Source of the DNA: a bacterium
Lineage (GTDB): Bacteria > Hinthialibacterota > Hinthialibacteria > Hinthialibacterales > Hinthialibacteraceae
Assembly (NCBI GenBank): GCA_041946805.1
Contig: JBHGBC010000057.1
Coordinates: 1 to 31,053, forward strand
Length of the DNA stretch: 31,053 nt
Direction of reading: 5' to 3'
The position numbers were made by a program, and so were the translations under genes. The notes under the pieces were generated by a model, which was given only the letters and a program-made list of their open reading frames with translations, ran no database searches and was not told where the DNA came from. Below, piece after piece: positions 28,183 through 31,053 of the stretch. Every line of letters begins with the position of its first letter. Within the stretch, counting starts at the first letter, position 1.

Positions 28183-29177
28183 GCCATGTCACCCCGATGA
28201 TCCTGGAGGCCCTCTCCTCCCTGCGTTATCTGCGGGTGCGCTTTGAATTGCGGTCGTTATCGGAGTGCCGCCTGCCGGGTTTCCTGGGCTCGACTCTGCG
28301 GGGCGCGCTGGCCATGAGTTTCCGCCGCATGGTGTGCACCTTCGACATGCGCCCCTGCGATGGCTGCCCGGTACAGCGGACTTGTCCTTATCCGGCGCTC
28401 TTCGAAACCCCGGCGGCGACGGGCACGCAGGCGGTCAGACGCATGCGCGATATCCCCCATCCGATCCTGATCGTTCCCCCCTTGCGGCATGCAAAGCGCT
28501 ACCGGCCGGGCGACACGCTGGCCTTTGAAATCGTTTTGCTGGGGCAGGCCGCCCAACGATTGCCGTACCTGATCTTCGCGGTGAATGAAATGGCCGGACA
28601 GGGGCTGGGCGTGAAGCGCGGCCCTTTTCACTTGGCCGGAGTGACGGACGGGGATGGACAACCTCTATACGATGTGGAATTGGGGCAACTTTTGCGTGAT
28701 CCCACGCCGCGGAATCTGGGAGAGATCCTGCACGGCGAAGCGCCGGAATCCGTGCGGGTCATATTGGAGACCCCCCTCCGCGTGAAAGCGGAAGGATCGC
28801 TCCTGGCGCGGGAGATCGATGCGGCAGATTTCCTGCGCCCGGCTTGCCGCCGGCTTTGGTCTTTGATTCGTTTCCACGGCCATGATCCGCAAGGGGAATG
28901 GGATTTTCACTCCTTGTGGGAAAAGGAGAAACTGCCGGAATTGTTGGACCGGAACCTGCGCTGGTGGGACCTTTCCCGTTACTCCAACCGCCAGAAAAAT
29001 TCCCTCAAGATCGGCGGTCTGACCGGCCACTTTACCCTCCGGGGAAACCTGCAGCCCTGGTGGGGGATTCTGCGGGCGGTTGAATTGGTGCATCTGGGCA
29101 AGGGAACCATCATGGGGTTGGGCCGGATCCGGTTGCGGCCAATGACGGATGGCGAATCATGGGCACCCTCTATTTAA
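28179..29177 (+). CDS. cas6: CRISPR pre-crRNA endoribonuclease Cas6
   Basis: GSTLRGA, C..C....CPY..LFE, PHP, TPLR, RYSNRQ, C-terminal HLGKGTIMGLG glycine loop. Confidence 0.9.
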   Translation: MSHVTPMILEALSSLRYLRVRFELRSLSECRLPGFLGSTLRGALAMSFRRMVCTFDMRPCDGCPVQRTCPYPALFETPAATGTQAVRRMRDIPHPILIVPPLRHAKRYRPGDTLAFEIVLLGQAAQRLPYLIFAVNEMAGQGLGVKRGPFHLAGVTDGDGQPLYDVELGQLLRDPTPRNLGEILHGEAPESVRVILETPLRVKAEGSLLAREIDAADFLRPACRRLWSLIRFHGHDPQGEWDFHSLWEKEKLPELLDRNLRWWDLSRYSNRQKNSLKIGGLTGHFTLRGNLQPWWGILRAVELVHLGKGTIMGLGRIRLRPMTDGESWAPSI

Positions 29178-30148
29178 CCGAACAGAATGCGCATCTGCGG
29201 AAAACCTCCCAACGGCTGGTGGTGGAGAAGGATGGCGAAATCGTCCGGGAACTACCCTCCTTCAAGGTCGAACGGGTGGTCGTATTCGGTAACGTCCAGA
29301 TCACCACCCAGGCCTTGATGTTTCTGCTCCAGCAAGGGATCGACACCTCGCTGTTGTCCCTGCACGGGCAACTGTATGGCCGTCTGGTTCCGGCGGAGAG
29401 CAAAAATATCTTTCTCCGGTTGCAACAATACCGGGCCTATGGCGATTCCTCCTTCCGCCTGACCTTGTCGAAAGAGCTGGTCCGCTCGAAATTGACGAAT
29501 GGCCGCCGGCTGCTGCAACGGTTATCGTACGGAAGGGACCTGGATTTGGCGCCTTGGTTGGAAGAGATCGCCCGCCACGCGAAATCGGTGGAAACCGCCC
29601 ATTCCCTGGCCAGCGTACGGGGGTATGAGGGGAAAGGAACCGCCACCTATTTCGAGGGTTTCGGTAAACTGGTCAAGGGATTCGCCTTCACCGGACGGAC
29701 CCGCCGTCCCCCCAAGGATCCCGTCAACAGCCTGTTGAGTTTCGGCTACACCTTGCTCGCGGGGGAGGTCTTCGCCGCCCTGTCGGCCGGAGGGCTCGAT
29801 CCGTACCTGGGTTTCTTTCACGAGGTCCATTATGGCCGCGCGGCCTTGTGCTTCGATCTCTGCGAAGAGTTCCGGCACCTGGTGGTCGATAGCCTGGTTC
29901 TGGATTTGATCAACCACCAAGTCCTCAAACCGGATGATTTTACATCGGAACCGGAAACGGAAGGCATTTTGTTGAAACCGGAGGCTCGCAAGTTATTCTT
30001 GTCCAATTTTGAGAAGAAAATGACGGGCATCCGTAAACCAGGGGCAGGAGAGGAAGAATCCTTCCGTTTGGCCATCCACCACCAGGTCGATGAGCTGCGG
30101 AAGGTTTTGGCTGGGAAGACGGAATACAAGGGATATCGATACGGTTGA
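29159..30148 (+). CDS. cas1: CRISPR-associated integrase Cas1
   Basis: TLYLTEQ, GYEG....YF, RRPPKDPVNSLLSFGY, GLDPYLGFFH, DLCEEFR. Confidence 0.96.
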   Translation: MGTLYLTEQNAHLRKTSQRLVVEKDGEIVRELPSFKVERVVVFGNVQITTQALMFLLQQGIDTSLLSLHGQLYGRLVPAESKNIFLRLQQYRAYGDSSFRLTLSKELVRSKLTNGRRLLQRLSYGRDLDLAPWLEEIARHAKSVETAHSLASVRGYEGKGTATYFEGFGKLVKGFAFTGRTRRPPKDPVNSLLSFGYTLLAGEVFAALSAGGLDPYLGFFHEVHYGRAALCFDLCEEFRHLVVDSLVLDLINHQVLKPDDFTSEPETEGILLKPEARKLFLSNFEKKMTGIRKPGAGEEESFRLAIHHQVDELRKVLAGKTEYKGYRYG

Positions 30149-30153
30149 AAACC

Positions 30154-30441
30154 ATGAAACCGGCTTATTTTGTAATGGTCACGTATGATGTCCGGGAGAA
30201 CCGGCGGCGGGCCAAGATCGCAAACGAACTCAAAAACTATGGCCAACGGGTGCAATACAGTGTTTTTGAATGCCGGGTGGATGCGGACCATGACCGGAAA
30301 ATGCGCGAGATAATCGGGAAATTGATCTCCGAGGAAGAAGATAACCTGCGCTATTATTGTTTATGCGAAACTTGCGTCCAGAACGTGGAAATCGTGGGTT
30401 CCGGCCATATTACCGAGGATGAGGATATGTGGATTGTTTAG
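30154..30441 (+). CDS. cas2: CRISPR-associated protein Cas2
   Basis: VTYDV..NRRR.KIA..LKNYGQRVQYSVFEC, D.LRYY.LC..C; alternative TTG start at 30145. Confidence 0.95.
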   Translation: MKPAYFVMVTYDVRENRRRAKIANELKNYGQRVQYSVFECRVDADHDRKMREIIGKLISEEEDNLRYYCLCETCVQNVEIVGSGHITEDEDMWIV

Positions 30442-30636
30442 GATTGTCATGACTCCAAAAGTCCTGAAAAGCCACAGATCATGACAAAATTGCGTAAACA
30501 TAAGAAAATCAGATCAATAAAAGAATTTTTCACGAAGAAGGGAGGTTATTATCATGCTTGGAAACGAGGTGGACAAGCCAGTCATGACAACCATGGCTCG
30601 AATCACCTTGGTGGGATTGGTTGGAATGGGGACGCA
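30442..30636 (+). promoter_or_regulatory. CRISPR leader
   Basis: AT-rich 195-nt stretch between cas2 stop and first repeat. Confidence 0.75.
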
Positions 30637-31053
30637 GTTGAAATTGGAGACCCGATGATTAGGGGATTGAGACAGTCCTTTTGCCGTGAACACCTGTACG
30701 TGATAGTACCAGTTGAAATTGGAGACCCGATGATTAGGGGATTGAGACACTGCATGGGATTTGTGAAGCTTCCCACATTGGATACAGTTGAAATTGGAGA
30801 CCCGATGATTAGGGGATTGAGACAGCTATGCCATGCGTTATACCTCACTGGTTGGATTGGTAGTTGAAATTGGAGACCCGATGATTAGGGGATTGAGACT
30901 TTGTCCATTTTATGGACATAGTGTTAGACCTCGAACGGAGTTGAAATTGGAGACCCGATGATTAGGGGATTGAGACTTCTTTGAAGTGGCGGGCCTTCGA
31001 GAGTCAGGTGATTCAGGTTGAAATTGGAGACCCGATGATTAGGGGATTGAGAC
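30637..31053 (+). CRISPR. CRISPR array: 6 identical 37-nt repeats GTTGAAATTGGAGACCCGATGATTAGGGGATTGAGAC, 5 spacers of 38-40 nt; probably continues beyond the window
   Basis: Repeats start at 30637, 30712, 30787, 30863, 30940, 31017; 3' end ATTGAGAC resembles the usual 8-nt crRNA tag. Confidence 0.98.

Noticed and set aside
28179..29177. Possibility that this RAMP is the missing Csm5
   Set aside because: It has the Cas6 C-terminal GKGxxxGLG loop and GSTLRGA/CxxC pattern, and lacks the Csm5-type P.HIG and YIPGSS.KGA motifs.
30481..30867. 128-aa ORF with VEIGDPMIRGLR repeats
   Set aside because: Translation of the CRISPR leader and repeats.
30636..31016. A preceding five of six repeats, suggesting a 38-nt repeat
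   Set aside because: The sixth repeat is preceded by G; too few cases to move the boundary.

Overview
GC-rich bacterial window. The protein families suggest a Hinthialibacterota (OLB16)/Sumerlaeota-like lineage, which is inference only. Left to right: full-length Lhr helicase; a divergent pair of succinate-semialdehyde dehydrogenase and a ThDP enzyme closely resembling cyanobacterial 2-oxoglutarate decarboxylase; an AbrB-Doc toxin-antitoxin module; three secreted proteins that share a C-terminal T-x-[VI]-x-x-W-x-L-[YFM] motif, with an orphan pilin-like gene among them; a Tat-signal fucose/arabinose-isomerase-like protein; an orphan G1P thymidylyltransferase; cstA; a decayed IS4 abutting a frameshifted CARF-HEPN gene; and a type III-A CRISPR-Cas operon (cas10-csm2-csm3-csm4-cas6-cas1-cas2) with a 6-repeat array running to the window end. 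The Cas operon has no csm5, its Cas10 has no zinc finger, and its Csm2 carries an N-terminal C4 zinc ribbon. Intergenic regions are dense with several REP-like palindrome families. All calls come from reading the sequence and recalled family motifs; no searches were run.
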